Shown: in pieces, positions 47,883 through 56,493 of the stretch | Layout: every line of letters begins with the position of its first letter | Numbering within the stretch: the stretch's first letter is position 1 | Assembly (NCBI GenBank): GCA_963664225.1 | Contig: OY760937.1 | Coordinates: forward strand, 4,768,001 to 4,832,000 | Reading direction: 5' to 3' | From: Verrucomicrobiia bacterium | Lineage (GTDB): Bacteria > Verrucomicrobiota > Verrucomicrobiia > Limisphaerales > UBA1319 | Length of the DNA stretch: 64,000 nucleotides | Program-made: the position numbers and the translations under genes | The notes under the pieces: generated by a model | Told to the model about the DNA's origin: nothing | What the model saw: only the letters and a program-made list of their open reading frames with translations | The model's database searches: none

Positions 47883-48821
47883 TTACGATTTCCCCTTTTT
47901 CTTCGCGCCCGCCTCAGGCGATTCCTTGTCCGCGCCGTTTTGCTTCATGTTTTTGAGAGCCAGGGCGCAAAGTGTTCCGTACAGGGCTATCGGCGCGAAG
48001 AATCCCTTGTAGATCGTGTGCTGTATCTTCTCGGAAAACTCGGCTGGGGCCTCCTTCTGGAGTTCCGGAAGGCCCAGTTTGGAAAACGGCATCGCGGCCA
48101 GATACAGGTGGTTGGTGCCGCCGACTTCATGCTCGCCATAAACATGGTCCACGTATTTGTTCGGATGGCTTTTGATCCGGGCATGAGCCTCTGTGAGCAA
48201 TTCCTGACGCTTGCCAAAGAGTATGGCCCCGGTCGGACAGGTTTCCGCGCAGGCGGTGATTCCTTTTTGAACCAGGTTCGTCCTCCGGCAAAAGTCGCAT
48301 TTGACTATTTGTGGTATCGGACGGTCCCATTGGGATTTGGGAATATTGAAGGAGCAGGCCACCTGGCAGTAACGACAGCCGATGCAGTTGTCCTTGTTGT
48401 AATCGACAATTCCAGTGACCTTGTCCTTGGTCATGGCGCTGACCGGACAGACGGAGACGCAGGAGGGCTTCTGGCAATGCATGCAGGAATACTTTATATA
48501 GGACCAGATCCCCTTTTTCTCCTTGAACAGTTTAATGATGGTCCGGGTGTCGCCCGATAAATCCTCAGGTGCGTCCCACACGGCGTCCTTATCGAACGGG
48601 GCTTTTTCGAAGGCAAGGCTGCCGTAATCGCCATTGACCCGTTTGCAGGCGGACATGCAGGCCTTGCAACCGACGCATTTGGTGGCGTCATAGAGCATGC
48701 CCAACTCGTCATTGTTGACCTTGTGCTCCGTGGAGGCTTCGGTGCTGACGGTTGCGGCCATGCATCCCGCTCCCGCCGCTCCAATTGCCTTGAAAAAACC
48801 GCGTCTATTTTGTTTTTTCAC
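47883..48821 (-). CDS. hybA: 4x[4Fe-4S] ferredoxin subunit of hydrogenase 2, Tat-exported
   Basis: GTG start; NRRGFFK; CVGCKACMSAC, CMHCQKPSCVSVCP, CIGCRYCQVAC and KCDFC; C-terminal TM. Confidence 0.92.
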   Translation of the reverse strand: MKKQNRRGFFKAIGAAGAGCMAATVSTEASTEHKVNNDELGMLYDATKCVGCKACMSACKRVNGDYGSLAFEKAPFDKDAVWDAPEDLSGDTRTIIKLFKEKKGIWSYIKYSCMHCQKPSCVSVCPVSAMTKDKVTGIVDYNKDNCIGCRYCQVACSFNIPKSQWDRPIPQIVKCDFCRRTNLVQKGITACAETCPTGAILFGKRQELLTEAHARIKSHPNKYVDHVYGEHEVGGTNHLYLAAMPFSKLGLPELQKEAPAEFSEKIQHTIYKGFFAPIALYGTLCALALKNMKQNGADKESPEAGAKKKGKS

Positions 48822-49926
48822 GTCCTGCCTTGGTTGGTGGGTTTTCGGGAAGTTTTTTGGCCACCATTGCGCCCGCGCCCAGAAGCGCTCCGGCGGCAAG
48901 GCCCACAATTCCGGTGGTCAACGGGTCAGGACCTTTGCCCTTTTCCTTCAAATCGACCGGTGCGTAACTGTCAAATGGCGTCGGCTCATGGATTTGCACC
49001 TTTTCGGCAATGGGCATTTTAAACAAAATATCCGGTTCCGTGCAGCCAATGCAGGGATGTCCGATGGAAACAGGCCAGGCGCCAACGTCATTAAACCTTA
49101 GAACCGAGCAGTTTGCATATGTCGCGGGACCTTTGCACCCCAGCTTGTAGAGGCAATATCCCTGCGCGTGCGTGTCGTCGCCATAGGAAAGCGCGAAGCG
49201 ACCGGCGTCAAAATGTGGACGACGCTCACAATGCTCATGGATCTTGCGTCCGTAGGCGAACTTGGGCCGTCCCAGCGCATCGAGTTCGGGCAGTTTCTTA
49301 AAGGTCAAATAATACAGGACGGTCGAAAGGAAATTATAGGGATTGGGCGGACAACCTGGGATGTTGATGATCGGCTTGTCTTTGATAATGTCGCGCACGC
49401 CAACGGCCCCGGTGGGGTTGACTCCCACGGATTGGATGCCGCCATAGCTGGCGCAAGTGCCAATGGCGATAATGGCCGCCGCTCCGTCCGCCGCGTGACG
49501 CAGCGATTCCAGAGCCGTTTTACCGCCCACTTTGCAGTAAATGCCGTTCCCGGCGGTGGGGATGGCTCCCTCGACCACGAGAATGTAGCGTCCACGATTA
49601 TCGGTCAAAGACTTCTGCAAGGATTCCTCGGCTTGATGACCCGAACCGGCCATCAAGGTCTCGTGGTAATCCAGGGAAATCATGTCAAAAATTAGATTTG
49701 ATAATGTAGGATGGCTCGAGCGCAGTAGAGATTCTGAACAGCCGGTGCATTCCTGGAAATGAAGCCAGATGACGGGGGGATTATTATTGGCCGTGGCAGC
49801 CTCTATCACCTTGGCGCGCATGCTGAAAGGCAATCCCATCAGCGCGGTTGCCGTCACACACATCTTGACGAACTCGCGCCGGGGCAAATTCCCATGTATT
49901 CCACCCTTGTTTCCCGTTTTTTTCAT
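48805..49926 (-). CDS. hybO: [NiFe]-hydrogenase small subunit, Tat-exported
   Basis: RREFVK, ECTGCSES, GTCASYGG, PGCPP, HEHCERR, CLYKLGCKGP and CIGC; C-terminal TM. Confidence 0.95.
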   Translation of the reverse strand: MKKTGNKGGIHGNLPRREFVKMCVTATALMGLPFSMRAKVIEAATANNNPPVIWLHFQECTGCSESLLRSSHPTLSNLIFDMISLDYHETLMAGSGHQAEESLQKSLTDNRGRYILVVEGAIPTAGNGIYCKVGGKTALESLRHAADGAAAIIAIGTCASYGGIQSVGVNPTGAVGVRDIIKDKPIINIPGCPPNPYNFLSTVLYYLTFKKLPELDALGRPKFAYGRKIHEHCERRPHFDAGRFALSYGDDTHAQGYCLYKLGCKGPATYANCSVLRFNDVGAWPVSIGHPCIGCTEPDILFKMPIAEKVQIHEPTPFDSYAPVDLKEKGKGPDPLTTGIVGLAAGALLGAGAMVAKKLPENPPTKAGREKTK

Positions 49927-50113
49927 CGCAGAGACAAAATTATAATTCATCGTCAAAAGGCCCGAATCATTGGTTCTACTAATTCTGCATGAGTTTGACG
50001 CGACGAACAAGAGATAAATTTATGTTATCGAAATAAATTTTCGAAATCGCGTTTTGGATGGGGCCGGGCGGTTTTGTCTTTTTTTATTTCAACGTTTTCC
50101 TCATAGTGTCCGG

Positions 50114-51637
50114 GTGTCTGCTTTGATCGCCATAGTTGGCCGACCTAACGTCGGCAAGTCAGCCTTGTTTAACCGCATCGTCGGCAAGCGCATTGCCATT
50201 GTTCATGACGAGCCGGGTGTCACGCGGGATCGCATTAGTGCCGAGGCCGAGTGGCATGGGCACCCATTCACCCTTGTGGATACCGGGGGCATCGGGATGC
50301 TGCGCGGGGAAAAAACGGGGGATGTGCTCGCGCAAGCTGCTTATGCGCAGGTCCAGATTGCCATTGAGGCCGCGCAAGTGGTCATTCTCGTGGTCAATGT
50401 TCAGGAGGGGTTGATGCCTTTGGACCGGGAAGTGGCAATGCGTCTGCGAACCGCCGGGAAAACTGTTCTCGTGGCGGTCAATAAGACGGATCAAGCCGGC
50501 GCGGAGGCCAATGCGGTGGATTTTGCGGCCCTGGGTTTTCCGAAAATCCTGCCGGTCAGCGCGATTCATGGGCGTGGCATTGACGCGTTGATGGATGCGG
50601 CGATGAAACATTTGCCCAAGGAGGACAGGGTGAAGCCTGCGTCCGACGCCGGGGCGGAAACCAAAACGTGGCCTGAAGGTCCGCTGAAGATTGCAATTGT
50701 CGGGCGGCCCAATGTGGGGAAATCCTCGCTGACCAACGCGCTGACGCAATCCGAGCGGGTCATTGTCTCACCGATTCCGGGCACCACGCGCGATGCGGTG
50801 GATGTGCCTTTCCAGGTGGAGTGCGACGGGGTGAAGCAGGATTATATTTTGATCGACACGGCTGGTTTGCGCAAACGGCGGCATGTGGACAACACGGTCG
50901 AGTTTTACAGTGTCTCGCGCGCCGAGGAGTCCGTGCGGCGCAGCGACATTGTGGTGTTTGTGCTGGATGCCGAATCGGGGATCATGGAGCAGGACAAGAA
51001 GATCGCCGATCTGATTGTGACTGAAAAGAAGGCCTGCGTGGTGGTGGTCAACAAGTGGGACCTTGTTTCGGAGGGCGTGGAAGAGGTGAGGAAGAAGGAA
51101 TTGGAGCGGCGCAAGGGGACCAAGCGGCGCGAGGGGGCGCCTGAACCGATGACGACTCTGGCGGCGTTTGCCGAATGGGTGCAGGGGGCCATGTTTTTTC
51201 TGGATTACGCGCCTGTCATTTTTACCTCAGCCAAGGAGGGATATCATCTGGATCGCCTGCTTGAGGCGATCCGGTATGTGGCGGCGCAATTGTGCCAGCG
51301 GGTGCCAACGTCCCTGCTGAACCGGGTGATTCAGCAGGCGATTGAAACACGACAGCCGGTAAGCGATCAGGGCCATTTTCTGAAGTTCTTTTACGCAACG
51401 CAGAAAGCGATTGCCCCGCCCACATTTCTGCTGTTCGTGAATCGAAGGGAAATTTTCTCGCCGCCGTATGCAAAATATCTGGCGGGAGTGCTGCGGAAGA
51501 ACTTTGGATATGAGGGTTGTCCCATTGTGTTCGAAGCTCGCGCCCGTCCCCGAACGGTGGACCCCAAGCGCTCAAGGGCCAAGCTTGGGGAAAAGGGGAA
51601 GCGCGGCGGATTCAACCAGAGAAATCAGCGGGATTGA
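50114..51637 (+). CDS. der: Ribosome biogenesis GTPase Der
   Basis: Two G domains (GRPNVGKS twice, DTGG/DTAG, NKTD/NKWD) and a KH-like C-terminal domain. Confidence 0.97.
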   Translation: MSALIAIVGRPNVGKSALFNRIVGKRIAIVHDEPGVTRDRISAEAEWHGHPFTLVDTGGIGMLRGEKTGDVLAQAAYAQVQIAIEAAQVVILVVNVQEGLMPLDREVAMRLRTAGKTVLVAVNKTDQAGAEANAVDFAALGFPKILPVSAIHGRGIDALMDAAMKHLPKEDRVKPASDAGAETKTWPEGPLKIAIVGRPNVGKSSLTNALTQSERVIVSPIPGTTRDAVDVPFQVECDGVKQDYILIDTAGLRKRRHVDNTVEFYSVSRAEESVRRSDIVVFVLDAESGIMEQDKKIADLIVTEKKACVVVVNKWDLVSEGVEEVRKKELERRKGTKRREGAPEPMTTLAAFAEWVQGAMFFLDYAPVIFTSAKEGYHLDRLLEAIRYVAAQLCQRVPTSLLNRVIQQAIETRQPVSDQGHFLKFFYATQKAIAPPTFLLFVNRREIFSPPYAKYLAGVLRKNFGYEGCPIVFEARARPRTVDPKRSRAKLGEKGKRGGFNQRNQRD

Positions 51638-52266
51638 ACCGCTTCGGTGAACTGGCAGGCCAGGCTGGTCAATAGAGGCCAGTCCTTGGACTCCAATATT
51701 CCTGGAGAGACAAGCGCACTGCCCACGCCCAGGGCGGCGCTGCCTGCGCGCATGAAGGCAGCGGCATTTTTCAAATCCACGCCCCCTGTGGGGACCAGCC
51801 GTAAATGAGGCATGGGGGCCAGCAGGGCTTGGATGAAACAGGGGCCCAGGTTGTCCGCTGGAAAAATCTTCACAAAATCCGCGCCGGCTTCGTGGGCCGT
51901 CTGCGCTTCTGTCGGGGTGCAGGCCCCGAGCATGACCGCCCGGTCGGACTCGTGAACGGCGCCCACCAATTCGGGTCTGCAGATGGGGCTGACGATGAAT
52001 TGCGCGCCCGCAGCCAGACATGCACGACAGGAGGCGAGGTTGAGCACGCTGCCCGCGCCGATCAATGCCCGCGCACCAAACAGGCTCGATGCCGCCCGAA
52101 TGGCTTCCACTGCGCCGGGGGTTGTGAGCGTGATTTCCACAGCCACCACGCCACCCCGAATCAAGGCATCCACCAACGCCGGAATTTGTTCGGCACCCCG
52201 CGCGCGCACCACGGCAATGATGCCAGGCTGGCATAGCTGCTGACAGATTTCAGCGCGTGAGAGCAT
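51625..52266 (-). CDS. eda: KDPG/KHG aldolase
   Basis: IIAVVR, VEIT, IGAGSV, FIVSP, TPTE, VKIFPA and PTGGV. Confidence 0.92.
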   Translation of the reverse strand: MLSRAEICQQLCQPGIIAVVRARGAEQIPALVDALIRGGVVAVEITLTTPGAVEAIRAASSLFGARALIGAGSVLNLASCRACLAAGAQFIVSPICRPELVGAVHESDRAVMLGACTPTEAQTAHEAGADFVKIFPADNLGPCFIQALLAPMPHLRLVPTGGVDLKNAAAFMRAGSAALGVGSALVSPGILESKDWPLLTSLACQFTEAVQSR

Positions 52267-52289
52267 CGAATCAGGCTGGCGCGACACCG

Positions 52290-53561
52290 CTATTTTTTCT
52301 CATACACGACGCGCACCGCCTTGCCCTCCTGCCGGGCCAGGGTTCCCGGCGGAAACACATCGCCTTTGGGGCTGAAACCGAGGCGTTCCTTCAGATGTTT
52401 TTCCACCATGTAACCGGTCACTCCGGGTTCCGCCTCGACGTTGATGCGCAGGTCGCGCACGCCGTCATGGTCCTCGACGATCATCTGGTAATGGGCCAGA
52501 ACGCCCGGAATTTCCATGAGCGCCTGCTCGATCTGACGCGGGAAAAAGTTGACGCCCTTGATGATGAGCATGTCATCGACACGGCCGGTGACGCGGTCGA
52601 TCCTCAGGCAGGTGCGGCCGCAGGCGCACGGTTTGCGTGTCAAAACCCGTGTGAAATCTCCGGTCTTGAATCGAATGACCGGCATGGCCTCCCGGGTGAG
52701 TGAAGTGAAGACAATTTCCCCTGTTTTGCCATCTTCCACCGGTTCGCCGGTTTTAGGATCCACCACTTCCACAATGTATTGGTCTTCCCAGACGTGGATG
52801 CCGCAATGTTGCTGGCAATCCATGCCGGTGGTGCTGACGCCGCCGGTTTCGGTCATTCCGTAAATATCAAAGGCCTCGATGCCCAGGCCGTTTTCGATTT
52901 TTTCGCGCATGCTGTCTGAGAAGGTTTCAGCGCCAAACATGCCGATTTTCAGGGAGGGTATTTCGAGCTTTTGCGCCTGGAGCACTTCCATGATGCGGGT
53001 GGCGTAGGAGACGACGCCCATGAGTCCCTTGATCTTGAAGTCGTTCATGAGCTTGATCTGGCGCGGTGTGTTTCCGGCCCCGGCGGGAATGATGAACTGA
53101 CCGGCCTTGCGTGCTCCGTGATAAAAGCCGAAACCGCCGTTGAACAAGCCAAAAGAGGGGGTGATCTGGATGCCATCGGCCTGTTGGAGGCCCGCCATCC
53201 GATAGCATCGGGCCATGCATTCGGCCCATTGGTCGAGATCGGCCTGGGTATAGGCCATGACAACGGGAGAACCAGTCGAACCCGAGCTCATGTGCATCTC
53301 GCGCAATTCCGAACGGTTCACGCAGAGCATTTCCATGGGGTAGGCGAGGCGGAAGTCCTCCTTGTTGATGAAAGGGAGGCTGCGAATATCCTCGATCAGC
53401 TCGATATCGCCTGGTTTCACACCGGCCTTGTCCATTTTTGCCCGGTAAAATGGGCTGTTGGCATGGACGCGTTGGACAAGTTCCTTGAGCCTCTGCAATT
53501 GAAGGCTGGCCAGCTCGTCCCGGGACATCGTTTCCGCTTTTTGATTCCAATATAAATTCAT
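52290..53561 (-). CDS. paaK: Phenylacetate-CoA ligase family protein
   Basis: SSGSTG, GAE, DIYGMTE, RFKTGD and GRVDDMLIIKGVN. Substrate not established. Confidence 0.85.
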   Translation of the reverse strand: MNLYWNQKAETMSRDELASLQLQRLKELVQRVHANSPFYRAKMDKAGVKPGDIELIEDIRSLPFINKEDFRLAYPMEMLCVNRSELREMHMSSGSTGSPVVMAYTQADLDQWAECMARCYRMAGLQQADGIQITPSFGLFNGGFGFYHGARKAGQFIIPAGAGNTPRQIKLMNDFKIKGLMGVVSYATRIMEVLQAQKLEIPSLKIGMFGAETFSDSMREKIENGLGIEAFDIYGMTETGGVSTTGMDCQQHCGIHVWEDQYIVEVVDPKTGEPVEDGKTGEIVFTSLTREAMPVIRFKTGDFTRVLTRKPCACGRTCLRIDRVTGRVDDMLIIKGVNFFPRQIEQALMEIPGVLAHYQMIVEDHDGVRDLRINVEAEPGVTGYMVEKHLKERLGFSPKGDVFPPGTLARQEGKAVRVVYEKK

Positions 53562-53591
53562 AACGAACCGCTTTGCTTTGTTATGCGGGCG

Positions 53592-53621
53592 AGCCTATGC
53601 CTTTCAATTTGAAAAAGTCAA
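53592..53621 (-). promoter_or_regulatory. Candidate sigma70 promoter of paaK-like/eda with a palindrome in the spacer
   Basis: TTGACT-N18-TAGGCT; the spacer holds TTTCAA-T-TTGAAA (53602-53614). Confidence 0.5.
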
Positions 53622-53697
53622 CAGGAAGAGCGCGTGCGAATCAATTATCGCGGGCATTTCAGGACAGCGAAGGCATTAATCGAAGGGATGAAAGCAT

Positions 53698-53734
53698 AAA
53701 AAAAGCGCCCCGCCGTTTAAGAGCGGGACGCTTT
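53698..53734 (-). terminator. Intrinsic terminator after the Gfo/Idh/MocA gene
   Basis: Minus strand AAAGCGTCCCGC-loop-GCGGGGCGC followed by TTTTTTT. Confidence 0.8.
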
Positions 53735-53750
53735 GTGAGTATGAATTAAA

Positions 53751-55139
53751 TCAGGATTCCCATCCGGCGCGATTGTTGCGGCTGACGAATTTAGCGGCAT
53801 CAGGCAGGTTGGGCGACATCATGTTCGGGCCGTCCCATTCCATGCGATTGCCTTCACCCATGCGCAGGGCGATGCAGCCGAGGAGAATGATTTCGGTCAG
53901 ATACGCGGCTACATCGAAATTTGAGTAAGCCGGCGTGCCTTCCTTCATCATGCGGAACCATTCCTGCATGTGACCCGGGGAGCGGGGGATGGTTAAAGGA
54001 ATATCTTTGCAGGCCTCGTGTTTGTCCCCGGCAACGAAGTCATCCTGGCCCTTGAGGGCGAGGTAGAACTGGGCGCCGTAGTCATCCGGCGAGAAGATCT
54101 TGCCTTTATCTCCGACGATCAGGGCGCCGCTGCCCGGGAGTTTGCCCATCATGGTGATGATTTCCTTGCTGACCTCGGCATCGGGGCGCAGAGGCTTCAG
54201 CGGATCGCCCGGATTGCCGTCATACCACCAGAATTTGATCGGAGGCAGACCTTCGCGTTCAGGGAACTCAAAGCGGATGCGCGAGGTCTTGGGGAAGGTC
54301 TCCGGGAAGAACTTGGAGGCCATTTCCAGCTCGACCACGTTGGGGAAGCCCAACTTGAGCGCGCGGAACGGCATGTTGACCGTATGGCAGGCCATGTCGC
54401 CGAGGGCGCCCGTACCGAAATCGAACCAACCGCGCCAATTGAATGGGCAATAGTTCTTTTTGTAAGGACGCATCGCCGCCGGCCCGAGCCAGAGATCCCA
54501 ATCCAGATTTTCGGGAACGGTGTCTTCGCCCGTGGGACGCTCAAGGCCCTGGGGCCACACGGGCCGGTTGGACCAGACATGCAGCTCAAGAGGCTTGCCA
54601 ATCACGCCCGATTGAATGACCTCGACAGCACGGCGCAGACCGTTTTCGGAGCTGCCCTGGTTGCCCATCTGGGTGGCCAGTTTCTTTTCCTTGGCCAGCG
54701 AGCGCATGATGCGCGCTTCCTTGACGGTCTGGACGAGGGGTTTTTGGCAGAAGCAGTGTTTGCCCATCTTCATGGCGCGAATCGCGGCTACGCCATGGTT
54801 GTGGTCAGGTGTGGAAACGGTGACCGCATCGATTTCGCTTCCCATTTCCTCGAGCAGCTTGCGGTAATCGCGATACTGTTTGGCCTTGGGGTAACGTTTC
54901 GCTTTGCTTTCGAGCGTGTTTTTATCGACATCGCAGATCGCGACGATATTGCCGCCGCAGGAGCCGGCGTCGTTGCTGTCGCTGTCGCCCTTGCCGCCGA
55001 CGCCAATGCAAGCAACATTGATGCGGTCGTTGGCGCCCAGGACATTACCCACATAAGGGAATGCGAGGGTGGAGGCACCCAAAGCCAGCGAAGCGCGGCT
55101 GAGGAATTGCCGACGATTAAGAACATTCATGTTAGCCAT
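53751..55139 (-). CDS. Gfo/Idh/MocA oxidoreductase with Tat signal
   Basis: NRRQFL, IGVGGKG, STPDHNH, FCQKP, TQMGNQG and LGDMACH. Confidence 0.92.
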   Translation of the reverse strand: MANMNVLNRRQFLSRASLALGASTLAFPYVGNVLGANDRINVACIGVGGKGDSDSNDAGSCGGNIVAICDVDKNTLESKAKRYPKAKQYRDYRKLLEEMGSEIDAVTVSTPDHNHGVAAIRAMKMGKHCFCQKPLVQTVKEARIMRSLAKEKKLATQMGNQGSSENGLRRAVEVIQSGVIGKPLELHVWSNRPVWPQGLERPTGEDTVPENLDWDLWLGPAAMRPYKKNYCPFNWRGWFDFGTGALGDMACHTVNMPFRALKLGFPNVVELEMASKFFPETFPKTSRIRFEFPEREGLPPIKFWWYDGNPGDPLKPLRPDAEVSKEIITMMGKLPGSGALIVGDKGKIFSPDDYGAQFYLALKGQDDFVAGDKHEACKDIPLTIPRSPGHMQEWFRMMKEGTPAYSNFDVAAYLTEIILLGCIALRMGEGNRMEWDGPNMMSPNLPDAAKFVSRNNRAGWES

Positions 55140-55319
55140 GGTATCCAATGGTTTGATTTTGGTTCGTATTAAAGTGCGAATGCAAAGATTTTTACGCTGG
55201 AAGCGGTGATTGAACAAGTTTTTTCGAACGCCAATTTGCCTTGGCGTTAGTATTTGACGCTCAACAGGATAAACGCGCCGCTAAAATGCCGGACACCGGT
55301 GGGGCGGTGTTGGCCAGGC

Positions 55320-55520
55320 TCACTCTTCAAAACACCTTCGGCCAGGTTTGCAGCAACCCGGGTGAACCGGTTGATCGTCCGCTCCCACTTCTGTGAGAGT
55401 GCGGTTGCACCAAAAATGACTGGAACCGCCGGCGGGTTCAGTGGTGGTGGGCTCAGTGTCCGGTTCGGGGTGCGGAATAAACATCTTCTTTGTCCGCAGG
55501 TTTTTACAGGATTCAGCCAT
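55320..55520 (-). CDS. Small Cys-rich protein (66 aa) at the end of the molybdoenzyme operon
   Basis: ATG 4 bp after the FAD-subunit stop; Cys at 5, 38, 56, 57 and 63. Confidence 0.65.
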   Translation of the reverse strand: MAESCKNLRTKKMFIPHPEPDTEPTTTEPAGGSSHFWCNRTLTEVGADDQPVHPGCCKPGRRCFEE

Positions 55521-55524
55521 AGGA

Positions 55525-56493
55525 TCAGGCGATGAGTTGAAGGAGTGTTCTTTGGATCAGAGTGCGCGCCATGGGGATTTTATAGGCGTTTTGCGAGAGC
55601 GGTTCGGCGTCTGCGAGCAGGCGTTGGGCCACTTGTGCGGCGAGGTCGGCATCCAAGTTTTTGCCTTCCATTAATTTTAGGGCAGCGGTGACAGTATAGG
55701 GAATTGGCGCGATGGATCCCAGGTAGATGCGTCCCGAAGCGATCTTCGAACCGTCCATTTGTGCGGCGGCGGCGCAACTGACCAGCGCCCAATCGAAATC
55801 CGCCTTCTGACTGATTTGCATATAGGAGCTGCGCGCGCCTTGGGACGGATTGGGTATTTCCACCCGGAGAATAAGATCGCCGGATTGCAGGGAGTTATGC
55901 GCGGTGGGATTGTCCCAGGCTCTGGCGTATAAATCGGCAATGGACCAACGCAGCATTTCGGTGTCCCGTTGCACAATGACCCGGGCATCCAGCGCAGCCA
56001 GGGCGATGCTGAGATTGGAAACGACCGGGCTGATGCAGGGATTGCCGGTAAAGAGGCTGTGGTATCGGTTTTCACCATCCCGGGCGTAACAGGTGGTGCC
56101 CCATTTTTTAAGGCATTTGACGTCGCGGTGACGGAAATACCAACAGCGGGAATGCTGGGCCAGGTTTCCACCCAGGGAGGCAACGTTTCGGATCTGGCGG
56201 GATCCTACATCCGTGGCCGCCTGATGGAGAGCGGGGAAGGTCTTTGAGAGATCGGCGTGGTCTTCGATTTGGGCGACGGTGACGTTGGCGCCTATGGTCC
56301 AGTATTCGGCACCGGGTTGAATGGTGTTCAGGCCGACGAGGGATTTGATATCGACCAGAATATCCGGTTCGACCAGGTATTCTTTCATCAGGCCCAGAAG
56401 GTCATTGCCTCCGGCGAGGTACGCGCCCTTCTTTCCGACCAATTCGCGGGCGCTTTCGATGGTTTGTGCGGTGGCAAATTGAAAGGATTTCAT
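55525..56493 (-). CDS. Xanthine dehydrogenase-family FAD subunit (PaoB/YagS-like, with [4Fe-4S] cysteines)
   Basis: AGGNDL, QIRNVASLGGNL and RCWYFR..KCLKK..TCYA...NPC. Confidence 0.92.
   Translation of the reverse strand: MKSFQFATAQTIESARELVGKKGAYLAGGNDLLGLMKEYLVEPDILVDIKSLVGLNTIQPGAEYWTIGANVTVAQIEDHADLSKTFPALHQAATDVGSRQIRNVASLGGNLAQHSRCWYFRHRDVKCLKKWGTTCYARDGENRYHSLFTGNPCISPVVSNLSIALAALDARVIVQRDTEMLRWSIADLYARAWDNPTAHNSLQSGDLILRVEIPNPSQGARSSYMQISQKADFDWALVSCAAAAQMDGSKIASGRIYLGSIAPIPYTVTAALKLMEGKNLDADLAAQVAQRLLADAEPLSQNAYKIPMARTLIQRTLLQLIA

Noticed and set aside
48822..48908. Extended N-termini in the ORF track (hybA, hybO, der, pdxJ, epsI, exosortase, both Gfo/Idh/MocA, DUF1080)
   Set aside because: Downstream starts fit signal peptides, family N-termini and gene overlaps better.
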